DNA from: Octopus vulgaris
Taxonomy: Eukaryota
NCBI GenBank assembly: GCA_951406725.2
Contig: OX597819.1
Span: forward strand, 50,282,001-50,346,000
Length of the DNA stretch: 64,000 nucleotides
Direction of reading: 5' to 3'
A program made the position numbers and the translations under genes. The notes beneath the pieces are model-generated. The model had not been told where the DNA came from, made no database searches, and worked only from the letters and a program-made list of their open reading frames with translations. This document shows positions 13,448-27,041 of the stretch, one piece after another. Position 1 is the first letter of the stretch, and every line of letters begins with the position of its first letter.

Positions 13448-14117
13448 ATAAGAAAAGCAGCGATAAGCAAGCTAGGTACATCTATTTACACATAAAGATA
13501 CATTTAATCGAATAGAAAAATGTAAATGTGTGTGGATATTAAGAATATATAATAAAAAAAACGATATCGCAAATAAGATAGATAGAATTATGAAAGTCCT
13601 ACGGCTGTTTCAGTGGGCTTGGTGTTCCTGGTATAGGACAGATATAAGGATATTGGATGACACCTTTTCCTTCTGGAGGTTAAAGATTGAATGTGGAGTT
13701 GATAGACAGCCGACAACTATATATATATAGTTTATATTTTAGAGACAGGTCCAAGTACAGGAGACAATTTCAGGTATTTCGGTCATATTTTGACCTCATC
13801 ATCAAGGCACAGCTGTCATTTCACTTGCTGAAGTAATAAAGCAAAAAAGAATGATAGTTGTACAACATTCAAGAATAATTGGCGAAGAAAAATAACATTG
13901 TTTAGGAAATATATAGCTTATAGTTGCTTTCTACTTAAAACAAAACAAAACAAGCAGTTGTTAAGTTGATGCTAACGTATTTAATGTAAGGAAAAGTAAA
14001 AAGATGATTAGAATAAGTTATGTGTGATAATATATCAATTCTAATCGATTGGTATGTAAAGAGCAGATAGGTATGCAAAGAGCTAAAGAGACACTGGTAT
14101 GTGTATGCAGATAGCTT

Positions 14118-14172
<55 letters not shown>

Positions 14173-14261
14173 TGGTAGGTAGATAGATAGATAGGTAGAT
14201 AGATAGATAGATAGGTAGATAGATAGATAGGTAGATAAATAGATGATAAATCGTTAGCCAC

Positions 14262-14434
14262 TACACACATTTTTTTCTCTCCTTGTTTTTTCTGTGTTCC
14301 TTTCTGTAGAAGAGCGTAGGCTCGAAACGTAAAAGACTCTTTCTATTCCTGAGCGTTATACTAATACATATGTTTGTTTTGTACACCACCTGTCTTCGTC
14401 TTTTGGGTTTTTTTTCCCGTAAACTCTCCCTATA
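14262..14434 (+). mobile_element. Hammerhead-motif element, CUGUAGA subfamily, copy 1
   Basis: cttt-ctgtaga-a-gagc-gtag-gctc-gaaac-gta-aaag at 14300-14335; ends aaactctccc followed by TATA/GATA repeats. Confidence 0.7.
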
Positions 14435-14469
14435 GATAGATAGATAAGGTAGATAAATAGATAGATACG

Positions 14470-14538
<69 letters not shown>

Positions 14539-15679
14539 TGATTGATAGATTGAAATATAAATAAATTGATAAATAGATAGAGTGAGAGATTAGCAGACAG
14601 ATAGACAGAGAGATGGAAATATTAAAGAAGACTATATAAGGAAATAAGATTTGTGTATAAAACTGGAAATGAAACGAAAGTAGCGCATATTTTCTTCTCA
14701 ACCTCATATTTTTTCCGCCATCTTGTTCACAGAACAATAAAACATCTTTCTTAAAAGATCGAATGGAAAGAACTTTCTGAAACAGTGATAGAAATACGTC
14801 AGCGTTTATGCGAAGATCTCCATTTTATTGAAGCTAACTTGTTTATGTTTATGCTTTTGTTCCGAGACCCTATTAAGTTAGAATATGAAATTTTCTTCCA
14901 ATTACCGCTGTTAACTCTTTCTGCTGCTACTGGCTAGTAGTTATTAATACTAAAACCAATTTCTCTTGTCAATGAGACAGCCGTTTCAAAGCACCGTCTA
15001 TCGGCAGTGTCTTTCTTTACTAGTCACTATATATAACTATTTCTAAAATGGAAATCTCGTACGAAATGAGTTAAAAATGAAACCAGAAATATAGAAGTAT
15101 AGAAAAGGAAGATATTAACAGTAAATAATTATTTGATTTCTCACCGACCTCAGTTTCCATCACTATAAAGACATTTTCTTTTTGTTTCCAACACTTAGCT
15201 CTAAGCTATTATTCGTCATTGAAGACTCAAGAGGAAGCAAGACGTATACGATTTTCATTTATCACTTAATCCTTCAAAGTGTCATTGAGAAACCATCGAT
15301 GTCCTTCTGGCAAACTTCTGCTATGTCTTTCATTTTTACTTTTTCCATATTTCTATGTCGTTTTGAAAGTAGTTGAAATTCAAATCTCTTCAACTCTTTT
15401 ATAAAAGTTGTCGGCAACTAAGAATAAACGATATGACAGGAAGCTTGCTAACCAGTAACATCCAAATCCCACGTTACACAACACACAATAGAAAACACAT
15501 GAGTGAATGAATTGGTTTTATGTGCAATGCTGTGCTCTTCAAGAATTTGGGCGTTATAATCTAAAAATCACGATTTCGAGCACAACTTAGCCTCATTCTG
15601 CTTCATTATTGTCAAAGCCATATATGCCCTTTGTTTTTTTTTAGATTCCATGGGTATGTAAAAATATCACAATTACGAA

Positions 15680-15805
15680 TCTCGCTTTGCAACCACATGG
15701 ATTCAAGTTCAGTCCCACTCAGTACTTTTGGTAAGTGTCTTCAACTATAACCCTGGGAAAACTAATGCCTTGTGAGTGAATTTACTAGACAGAAACTGTC
15801 GTGTG
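15680..15805 (+). mobile_element. SINE family A, 5' fragment
   Basis: aaccacatgg...gttcagtcccact...gtgtcttc...ccttgtgagtgaattt. Confidence 0.65.
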
Positions 15806-16089
15806 TATATATATATATAATTTAAATAATAAGGGTGAAAAATTAAATATTAATTTGATTAATATCAATTTAAAACCAGTGGCTTAGCATATTGAAAAAT
15901 CTGAAGATTCAGAAAAATTATATTACAAACATATAAGAAGGATGGCCACTAAGTGGACATCCATTATGCTAAAGGTAGACCTCATATGGTCTGACCACTA
16001 AGAAAAGGTTGTTCTCAAGAAAATTCAGCAAACGCCAGAACGTAAGCAAGCAAGACAAATGAAAAGATACAAAATATAAAATATAACAT

Positions 16090-16280
16090 TTTGTATATTT
16101 TGTATCTTTTTTGTATTTGTTCTCTCCTTGTTTTTTTTTGTGTCCCTTTCTGTAGAAGATCGTAGGTTCGAAACGTAAAAGACTTTTTCTATTCCTGAGC
16201 GTTGTACTAATACATCTGTTTGTTTTGTGCACCACCTGTCTTCGTCTTTTGATTTTTCGTAAACTCTCCCTATATACATA
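16090..16280 (+). mobile_element. Hammerhead-motif element, CUGUAGA subfamily, copy 2
   Basis: cttt-ctgtaga-a-gatc-gtag-gttc-gaaac-gta-aaag at 16146-16181; closely matches the 14262 copy over about 160 bp. Confidence 0.7.
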
Positions 16281-16282
16281 TA

Positions 16283-16673
16283 CTAGCAGTATCGCCCGGC
16301 GTTGCTAGGGTTTGTTTCGATCCTTTAGAATTGGAATTTTTGAAAAGTAAAAAGTTTGCATTATGTAGCTTGTTATTCTCTTTAAGTGAACATTTTCCTG
16401 GTTGAAATACACCGAAAAATGGCGACACAGCAGTCAAAAAATCGTAAAAAATAGGGATTTTTATAGAAAAAGAAAGTACCTTTTTGATGTAAATAATTTT
16501 TGATGTTAACATGGTCTGATTTCAATTCTTCTTCTACGGAAGGAAGAACAAGTTTTCTTCTATCATACTCTCAATTTCGGTCAACTTGCGCCGCAGGGTC
16601 TCGGAGGAGATAGTGTTAGTTGAAGGCTACCAAACTTGCCATAGACAGACAACTTCAGCTTTATATAGAGAGA
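16283..16673 (-). mobile_element. Non-autonomous Helitron-like element, copy 1
   Basis: Minus strand starts TC(TC)TATA and ends with a GC hairpin about 10 nt before CTAG|T. The plus-strand terminus ctagcagtatcgcccggcg is shared with 35096 and 47218. Confidence 0.7.
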
Positions 16674-16677
16674 TATA

Positions 16678-16813
16678 TAATTGTTAAAGAGGACAAGAAA
16701 CGCTAATGCAAGACAAGCATCTCAAGTCATAAACATATTTTCCCAATAATAATAATGTATTTGACTTGAGATGTTTGTCTTGCCTTAGCATTTATTGTCC
16801 TCTTTAACAATTA
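16678..16813. repeat. Fold-back inverted repeat (~60 bp arms, ~6 mismatches)
   Basis: taattgttaaagaggacaa...ctcaagtca pairs with tgacttgag...ttgtcctctttaacaatta. Confidence 0.9.
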
Positions 16814-17436
16814 GACGTATATATAGATTTGTCAACGGGGATTTCAGGGGAGAGTTTCAGGGGGTCGCTGGCGATGTATCGTGATGATCAAAAATCTGGC
16901 CTGCTATAATTTGGTTAAAGTGATTCAAACTGCAGACTCAACGCAAAATGGTCACATTTAATTCAAAGCGCTAAAAATGTTATGAAAACAATTGGTATGT
17001 GTTCACAAAGTCCAAATGATTAATACGAAAAAGCCCTCCAGGCTACATCCCGAAAAGTAATTTCTTTGCCGAATTTCTACAATGTTTACGGCGGTTCGTT
17101 TTTATATCTTGATTTTCTATTTTTCATGCAATTTACGCATGCTTGCACGCGTGGTGAACACAGTTCACGTCAAACAGCTGACTGAGTAAAGTTCCCTCTT
17201 CAATGCATGGGATAAGGCCTAAACAAACACATTATCGATTTTTGCACTTGCGAGATGGATTTCGGAACAGAAATAGCGCAGTTCAATTTTCATTCGCCTA
17301 AACTTTAAGTGACCCATTTTTGGTGGTTCTACGATTTGTTGGCTAGGAGGAGATGTGCCGGGAAGTTAAACACACAGACACACACACAGACACACAAGTT
17401 AAGTTTTATATATATCTATATCTATATCTATCTATA

Positions 17437-17537
<101 letters not shown>

Positions 17538-17544
17538 ATGTGTG

Positions 17545-17760
17545 TATATATTTGTGTGTCTGTGTTTGTCCCCCCAACGTCGCTTGACAACCGATGCTGG
17601 TGTGCTTACGCCCCCGTAACTTAGCAGTTCGGCAAAAGAGACCGATAGAATAAGTACTAGGCTTACAAAGAATAAGCTTTGGGGTCAATTTGCTCGACTA
17701 AAGGCGGTGCTCCAGCATGGCCGCAGTCAAATGACTGAAACAAGTAAAAGAGTAAAAGAT
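17545..17760 (+). mobile_element. SINE family A, 3' half
   Basis: ttgacaaccgatgctggtgtg...gaataagtactaggcttac...ggcggtgctccagcatggccgcagtcaaatgactgaaacaagtaaaaga. Confidence 0.85.
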
Positions 17761-18764
17761 ATGCTTTGCAGCCCGCCTTGAGTGATCGAATTCACAATTT
17801 GACCCTTTGGACGAAAAAGGATGTGCATTCCCACCATAGAGACATCTACATTGGTCATCTGGTAGCGTAGATTTGACGATAAGTATACGAGAAAAACAAA
17901 GTAACACTCCAAATATACGCCATCTTATGATGGCGTATATTTGGTATCAAGTGTACGAGAAAATTACTTATGACTCGAAAGGGTGTGTAGAATAGACAAT
18001 AAGTATTTGAGTAAAATTACTTACAGAACTTATTAATTCATAAAGCATATGAATTAATTAGTTTTATATAAGAATGAATATATCTAATCTAACAATCGTG
18101 AGATTTATCATTTTTTTTGTTCATTTTAATCTGTCACAACAATGAGTTCATCAATAGATACTTCTTTTGATTATAAATATAAATCTGGTGATGAGCTAAG
18201 AGCGTCGGAAGGAATGGTTTGCGGTATCTGTTCCGATAATTTTCACTCTGGATTCAAATCTTATTAAAGACATCTTTGTCTTTCTTTCATTATTCCGGGG
18301 TCGATAAATAAAACATCAAACCAGGGTAGTGGTTTGGAAGTAGTTTGTTGGAATGTTGGACAGCATGGCTAGTTGTGTCTGTTTCTGCCGTTTGCGTTTT
18401 GGGTTCAAATAATCTCGCCTTCTGTCACCGGGTAGAAAAAAAAAGCGAATAAGAAAAAAAAAACCCTATAAAAAACAAACAAAATGGTCACACTTATGTT
18501 AGGAATTGCATCACTAGCTTAGAAAGTCACGAACCAGAAAGATACCGTAACTTTATCGGAAGATCGGCTGAGATGCAATGCAGCAGCGGATAATAGTATA
18601 TATGTACACAGAAGAGTAATGGAGTGTGTAATACATGTAGCTTCGTTTATCACTGATTCATTCATCATTGTTCCAGAATAAAATAGTACGCGCAATTGCT
18701 TATCATAGATTGATCTGGGATAACACAGGTCGGCGATCTATCGAAAATTCTACTTGTAAGCAGT

Positions 18765-19140
18765 AACTGCTTGTACGCAAAAATTCTGCTTGCACGCTCC
18801 AGAGACCTCTCGCAATGCTCAGCTACCCACGATGCATTGATTGTGGTTTGTGCTTTTATCTAAGTACTGCGAGGCTGCGCTTTTTTTTTTAAATGCAGAT
18901 TTACGTATACGTATCCATCAACATGGGACGAGTGAGCATAAAAATTCGAAGGCGTTTGATAGTTACCAAACAGTGCAGGCAAGGGTACTGTCTAGAAGAA
19001 AAAGTAGAAATGACCAAGAAAATACATGAAGGTGGAAGCTTCACTATTGTAGTATCAATGAGTCTACTGTTCGTTCCGTTTACAAAATGCCTGAAGATGA
19101 TTTATTTACCATTGTGTTATTTTAAAAATTTATTTTAAAA
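18765..19140 (+). mobile_element. Possible pogo/Tigger-derived remnant
   Basis: Repeated (c/t)ttgtacgc-type subterminal motifs, then KQCRQGYCLEEKVEMTKKIHEGG, which resembles the CENP-B/psq HTH start of Tigger transposases (RK.lTLEEK.eii...e.G). Confidence 0.3.
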
Positions 19141-19164
19141 ATAAACCTCCGTGATAAACGAAAA

Positions 19165-19600
19165 TAGATTTCTTTATTGGCCGCGCAGGGCTGACCACAG
19201 AAGGGACAAAATACAAAGTAGAACTTTTATTTTTGGGAAGAAGGAAAAAGAAAAAAAAAAAAAAAGAAAAAAGGGGAGGGGGCGAATTCCGATCAAAAGG
19301 TATCGTGAAAAAATAGTGGGGCCGATCAATAGGGATCGTGTATCACAGAAATGTCAATGTAAAAAGGGAAAACAGATTAGGTTTGTCCGTGGATAGAAAA
19401 GCCTACGGAAAAGACCACGGGAACCTTGGGCAATAGTGTCATGCAAAAACACATTACAATAAGTGACCCTCTTTTTCCTTTCGTTTTTCATTTTTTTTCT
19501 TTTGGTTCATAGGACTATGCTCAAGCTGGCTCCGTCATTCACACGTGCCATTCTTGCTACAATTAACCCATCTTTTTTTGAAACATTCATTAGACAAAAC
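19165..19600 (-). mobile_element. LINE 3' end, Tx1/L1-like
   Basis: Minus strand encodes ECFKKRWV../VARMARVNDGASLSIVL*, then a pyrimidine-rich 3'UTR ending ccaataaa. A second copy of the UTR lies at 39240-39530 on the plus strand. Confidence 0.55.
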
Positions 19601-19844
19601 TTCCCTCTCTACTCTCACCTTCCTCTTCAAGTGATACTTGAAGAAATTGATGAGAGATGGATCAGAGAAGAGATATATAGATTCAATTCCTATATAAAGT
19701 TTGCGGTCAATAATGTTAATAAATGGAGGTTTAATTTTAAAAAAAGGGTTTCTCTAAAAATAGAAAAGAGAGCTGCTAAGTTCTTGACTCATCGAGAAAA
19801 CTGAATCGTGTCGTGTCACACATGGTTAAATATAAATAATGGCT

Positions 19845-19992
19845 TCAAACTGTGGCAGAAGGCAAGAAATTTCGTGGAATGGTTAAGTCGATTATACCGA
19901 CCCCGGTGCTTAAATGGTATTTATTTCATCGATCTCGAAAGGATGAAAGGCAAAGTTGACCTCGGCAGAGCTTGGATTCAGAACGTAAAGTC
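19845..19992 (-). mobile_element. SINE family B fragment
   Basis: cgaaaggatgaaaggcaaagttgacctcggcag...tcagaacgtaaag is the reverse complement of the 6128 body. Confidence 0.75.
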
Positions 19993-20097
19993 CGGCGTGT
20001 AAAATATAAATAATATTGATAAAACTGATCCAATTCCTATGTAAAATTTTCGGTCAATAATGTTAATAGTTTGTAGAGACATGTAGATGGTTTCTTT

Positions 20098-20393
20098 TTT
20101 CCTTCTCGAGCCATGCCTGGCTCATAAGGGCCAGTTTCCCGGTTTCCTTGGCGTATAGGTTCCCCACCTGGACGGGAAGCCGGTCCGTCGCAGGTGAGCT
20201 GCTAGATGCAGGAGGAAAGAGTGAGAGAAAGTTGAGGCGAAAGAATCAGCAGAAGTTTGCCATTACCTTTTACCAGAGCCGCGTGGAGCTTAGGTGTTTC
20301 GCTCATAAACACACACATCGCCCGGTCTGAGATTCTAACCCGCGATCCCTCGACTGCGAGTCCGCTGCTCTAACCACTAGGCCATGTGCCTCC
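20098..20393 (-). mobile_element. tRNA(Arg)-like-head SINE, family C
   Basis: Minus strand: ggaggcacatggcctagtggttagagcagcggactcgcagtcgagggatcgcgggttagaatc (A/B boxes, TCG anticodon-like loop). Same head as 55741. Confidence 0.8.
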
Positions 20394-20769
20394 ACATGTA
20401 AATGGGTGATCCAAACTGTTGAATTTCTCATGAAAAACCATCTTGTCTCTTCGTGGGAGCTTGGTGAAATAAGGTAATGAGAAATTATGTATTATGGTTC
20501 GCTGACGCTCCTGTTGTAGACGCAGGTTGTGTGATTGGTAGGTCCAACAACGTGATTTCAAATTCTGACTATCTGCGTAATGCCTTGTGCTGACCCGCTT
20601 AGCTAAAGGTTTTAAGAACCATTCATCTTCCTGCACTTTTCTGAGGTGAAAAGTCACAATATGCCTCTCGAATGATGGAATAAGAATGCAAATATGCAGA
20701 ATATTTACAAAACTTGAAGACAGACATTTCTATAAGTGTTTTAAAGTCTAATTTCCGTCATTAATTTCT

Positions 20770-21235
20770 CACGCTGCAGGAACGACTAGACGGATGCTAT
20801 ATTCGCTTATCCCGACGCGTATTGAATATCTAATTGCAACAGAGAGCGAATAATAAAGACTTCTACAGGGACCTTCCCCCGATGTCAGAGGTGGTCATAG
20901 CCAGGAGGCTCCGTTTTTCTGGACACTGCTACCGGACCAGGAACGAACGAATTCGTTGCATAGTCGACCTAGCGGTAATTGCTCTGGATCTCTGCGCTCT
21001 GGTTTTAAAGTAGAGATGCTAGGACCTTTCTACTAGGTCATACACCCTCCCATCAAATTTGAGGCCTTGTGGTTATGCGCACCAACGTATGACCACAGGA
21101 TCAGAGGTCGATTATCTATAACATGTTGACAGACCAGTGATTGATACCAGCTTATCAGATCTCGAGTTGAAGTCGGCACTGGAGGACAGGGACTATTGGA
21201 GGAACATCTGTGCAGATCGACGAAACTCGATTTAA
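20770..21235 (+). mobile_element. RTE-clade LINE ORF C-terminus (degenerate)
   Basis: LQERLDGCYIRLSRRVLNI*...KDFYRDLPPMSEVVIARRLRFSGHCYR and later DTSLSDLELKSALEDRDYWRN; RRLRFAGH and W-R tail motifs typical of RTE/RTE-X. Confidence 0.75.
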
Positions 21236-21447
21236 CAAAGAGAGAATGTCTCGTATCAATACGAGGCCACAGATTTGCAGGAAGACTAAATTGATTGTAT
21301 TGTCTTACTGTTGTTTATTGACATATGGTGTTACAACTGGTTCTTACCGACAAAACAGGATGTGAGACCTAATAATTTCTGATGAGATTTTCAACTCAGA
21401 ACATAAAGAGGCGTAGCCAATAGCTACAAAGTAATAAGCTCATTAAT

Positions 21448-21870
<423 letters not shown>

Positions 21871-22397
21871 CTGCCCTGATGCAGTACCAGGCAGTGGCTC
21901 TCGTGGCTTCTGACCTTAACTGATTGGAAGTGTTATCATGTACATTATTTTATCTTGGTATAAATACCACAGATTTGCTTGTCAGTTGTTTGACTTTAAC
22001 TAGTTGAGCATGTCCCTTAGTGGCTGACGATATGGGCATCTCTGATCATGTGCAGAAGTAGTGGGGGAGCATCATAGCCATGTGTTGAGAGGGATTCTTT
22101 GGGATTTGAATAATTCACCTCTGGAAACATATGTGGTTCGTTCAACATCCTTAAACAATCCTTATTCAGGGACCTTTTGAGTGGGATGGGTTACTCGGCC
22201 AGAAGAAAATTCTAACTGGGCCCCACCTGCAAGGTCATGTGCTGTTTATCTTGATATGAGATCACCATGTCGCACGCATATGGTTATGTTGCATGTCCTT
22301 AGTGTACCCTTATCAGACAGGTAGTTATGATGGGTATACTGGGCTTCGTATATTTTACCCCAGTATCACTTTGATGGCATGCACTGCTCTCTCACTC

Positions 22398-22398
<1 letters not shown>
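21871..22398 (+). mobile_element. ~530 bp probable retroelement fragment embedded between (AAT)n tracts
   Basis: Complex, more GC-rich sequence with sharp boundaries, ending ctctctcactc+(AAT)n. Single copy in this window. Confidence 0.45.
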
Positions 22399-22466
<68 letters not shown>

Positions 22467-22781
22467 TATTATTATTATAATAATTTAAAGTTTCTGGTAC
22501 ATTTTTGTCATATAATACTCTGATTTCTGGCATAGCCAGAAGGCCTCAAATTTGATGTGAAGATGTATAAGCAAATAGATAGACGCTAGCATTTCTACTT
22601 AATTTCTTGATCCTGGATAAATGGAAAATAAAGTTGGCATAAGAGGGATTTGAAATCAGAGCGCAGAGATCCAGGGCACATACCGCAAGGTCATTTGGCA
22701 ACATTCTATTGAATTTGTCGTTTCGCGCAGTTTTCGATAGGGTGATGATAATCGATTACAAAATTAGATCTCAATACAACA

Positions 22782-22838
<57 letters not shown>

Positions 22839-22982
22839 ATGCACATATACACATACACACACATGCACGCGTGCACTCACACGCATGCACATACTCACAT
22901 ACATGCACACGCATAAATACGTGTATATCTGTGTGTGTGCGTTTATGTATGCATGCATATATATATATATATATGTCTGTGC

Positions 22983-23023
<41 letters not shown>

Positions 23024-23080
23024 TAATCCAAACATGAAAAAACACAACACGAGGACGTGGAACAAAGGTGTTATTGGACG

Positions 23081-23133
<53 letters not shown>

Positions 23134-23161
23134 TATATATATACACAGACGCACACACACA

Positions 23162-23193
<32 letters not shown>

Positions 23194-23280
23194 TATATAT
23201 ATGCATACATATATATATATGTATGCATATATATATATATATGTATATATGCATGTATCTATGTATGTATGTATGTATCT

Positions 23281-23313
<33 letters not shown>

Positions 23314-24079
23314 ATATATATATCTACATATATATGCATATTTATGTATATCTATACGTATGTATATATATATACACATGCATATATATTTACATATGTT
23401 TCCATATATGTATTCATTTATTCATCTCTCTCTATATATATATACATATATATGCATGAATGTATATATTTATGTATATATGCGTATATATATATATAAA
23501 TATTATATATATAGATGAAAGTGTATGTGCATATATGTGCATATATAGATATATATAAATATAGATATATAAGCGTGTATGTATACGGAAGAGAGAGAGG
23601 GAGAGAAAGGGAGAGAGAGATGCGATGGTTGGAACAAGAGAAATACATGAGTAACATAGGTAGATTGCTGTAGAGACAGAGAGATGTAAAGACACCAAAA
23701 TGTGACGTAGAGACCAAAGGCATGAGAACAAAGACGAAAGGATGGAAAAGAAAGATGGCGAGAGAAGGAGGGTTGGAAAAAAAGATTAAAAAGATTTAAC
23801 GTGGCTGATAGCTAGAGGAGAAGGAGGAGGAGGGAAGGGGGGTAAAATAAGACGGAAACAGTGAAGCGCAGGGATGGATATGAATAAAGCGTCAGATAGA
23901 GCGAGTAGTTGTGAAAAGATGTAGAAATTTTATATAGAAACAAAGAGGAAAGTGTAAGAAGTTGAAAGCGGGAGAAATATGTAATGGCCGTGTGAAGTTG
24001 CAGGAGATTGCGGAGATAAATATATTGCAAGTATGTATGTGTATGTGAGTATGTATTAGTGTGTCAATACGTTTGTCTC

Positions 24080-24121
<42 letters not shown>

Positions 24122-24317
24122 TAAATGATAAATACAAAATAGCTATGCACATACGCATGTACACATGCATATATGTAGACACGTACATACGTGCATATAT
24201 ACTTATATACTTACCTACACACATATTTATATTTGATATATATATCATAAATATATAATAGTTGTACACGTTCTTATGTACACGTGTATATATATATATA
24301 TATATATATATAAAACT

Positions 24318-24351
<34 letters not shown>

Positions 24352-25072
24352 CATATATTACACACGTATACGCAAATATATACTTACATATCTACACACA
24401 CATATGCATACATAGATACTTACACACATATATTTATGTAATTATGTAAATATAATTATATCTATACACATATACGTATGATTCTATGTATCAATGTATG
24501 CATACAGATGTGTCTGCTTATATAAATTCATGCATATATATATAAATACGCACACACACACACACACATATGTATATACATGCAGGTATACGTATATATT
24601 TATATTTATATGTATATACATATATATATGTGTATTCATCAACCTATATCTGCATATGTATGTATGCGTCTGAGAGAGAATGCTTACACATACATAGATA
24701 GAAGTGTACTGTCGAGGCATGACACCGGAAAATTCCCAATCCGACCGTACAAAAGAATTCACCTTCCGCCATTTCTTTTGTATGTATATGCCGGCAGCCA
24801 TCACGCAGCAAGGAGTTTGGGTTTGATGAGTTCTTCTCTACGAATGTTATCTAACTAGTCATGGCTCTTTTTCTTCTGTTAAAAAAAAAAATCCATTCTC
24901 TTTTGTTTTCGTAATAATTTCACATTGAAGGTGATTTCGTTTCTGATATCTTATCAGACACCATTATATGAGAATTTTAGGAAGATGTGTGTGGATATAT
25001 GTCTATTATGCTTATCTGGTTATTATTATGGAGGTGCATGTGCATGCACACAAACACACACACACACACACA

Positions 25073-25136
<64 letters not shown>

Positions 25137-25207
25137 ATATATATATATATATACATACACATACATGCATACATGCACGCATATAAACGGTTTGATGCAT
25201 ACATGCA

Positions 25208-25267
<60 letters not shown>

Positions 25268-25378
25268 CATATATATACTATATCTTTCTATCTATATCCA
25301 CATTACTTCCTCTCAAACATATACGCGCACACATACGTATACACACGAACACACACACAACATGCAGAAACACACGCA

Positions 25379-25537
<159 letters not shown>

Positions 25538-25777
25538 ACATATATATATAAATATATAAAATATATAGATACACATATACATATATGTGTTTGTGCGCGC
25601 CCGTGTTTATGCGTGTGTGTGTGTGTGTGCATGTGTTTATGCCTGTGTATGTGTGTAGAACTCCATATGTATGACTGAATGAATGAATGCGTATATAGCT
25701 TAATCGACTTTTTCCAGCAGAACGTTGTGGTTCGGAGACATCCTTATCTCTGTTTTTGATGTGGTATTTCAAATGTG

Positions 25778-26280
25778 CGAGGTGCATTCCAGAAGTTTTT
25801 AGACTTTTTCAGGAGAGTCATTTATTAATTTCAAAGAAATACAAGGCACTAATCTTCTTCAAAGTAGGATCTTGTAACTTCAATGCACGTCTTGAAGCGC
25901 TCCAGCCACTTCATGAAGATCCCATGAAAGGTGTCCAGGCAGTGAGCTGGCAGAATCGTTAGCACGCCGGGAAAAATGCTTTGCGCCATTTCGTCTGTCT
26001 TTACATTCTGAGTTCGAATTTCCCGAGGTGTACTTCACCTTTGATCCTTTCGGGGTCGATGAAATAAGTACCAGTTAAAAACTGGGGTCAATGTGATCGA
26101 CCTATCTCCTGCCTTGCGCAGGGAAGCTGAGGGATAGTTTTGATGCCCATTTCTATTAAGCAGTTGTTTACCACGATGGAATTGTGAACCGGCTCATTGT
26201 CCTGGTGCAGGCGCTCTGGTCTTTTGCAATAAAATTTTTTTCCTGAGCTCCCTCAAAACCTTCCCAAAATACTCTTTGTA
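25778..26280 (-). mobile_element. mariner (DD34D-type) transposase 3' remnant, interrupted by a family B SINE (25940-26105)
   Basis: Minus strand: EYFGKVLRELRKK / KRPERLHQDNEPVHNSIVVNNCLIEMGIKTIPQLP and WLERFKTCIEVTRSYFEED*. A cgaggtgcattccagaagttt TIR-like end follows. Confidence 0.8.
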
Positions 26281-27041
26281 GACAATCTGACCAGAGGAAA
26301 CCTAATGGGATGCAGAGAATGTTCTTGCTGTCGGAAAAGGGAATCATTATCAGCTTGTCGGTGGATTTACTTAACCTGGTCCTTCGTGCCAACAAAATAC
26401 AGATGATCAGCTCATGCAAGTTAATCCACGAGAAATCTGGAACATTTCACAAGTCTCTGTTGCGTTTTCCCCCAGTTACACAGAACTAGATAGGTAGATA
26501 GAAGAACAGGGAGGAAAAGGGAGAAAAAGAGGGACATAGAAAGAGAATTAATGCATAGGGACAGAAGGAAAAATCGAGAAAGATGAAAGCAGATTATGCG
26601 GCTGTCCATTTAGATATCAAAGACCAATTACTATCCTCCCATCGGACCAACGAAGCCATCTTCCCATCAGCCATTTGAATTGCTTATATTGTCTTTTGGT
26701 CGCACCTCCTAAGAGAATGGGTTTCTCTTCTTCACGGATGGGGACCGCAACTGAATTCAGAATTCCACGAAGCCGAAACAGACACCGCAAGGCATACTGT
26801 GCGACCTGGTCTGGGACCATTTTTTTAAAGACTGGGAATGACTGAGAGGAAAAGGGTAGCGGTTAAATTTGACCACGAAGGGAATTCAATGCAGAGGGTT
26901 CGCATAGAAATTTGAAGCAAACATATCGTTGCGTTCTATCTTAGTCTAATGACACAGTGTATATGTATACACACGTGTAGACACACCCACACGCACATAC
27001 CCACATACGCGCACACACACTTGTATATGTATATACATATT

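Noticed and set aside
14680-15420. Possible hAT-like transposase remnant
   Set aside because: Only a vague peptide resemblance; no diagnostic motif could be read.
19684-20068. ~38 bp direct repeat around a SINE
   Set aside because: Too far from the SINE ends and too long for a target-site duplication; probably an old local duplication.
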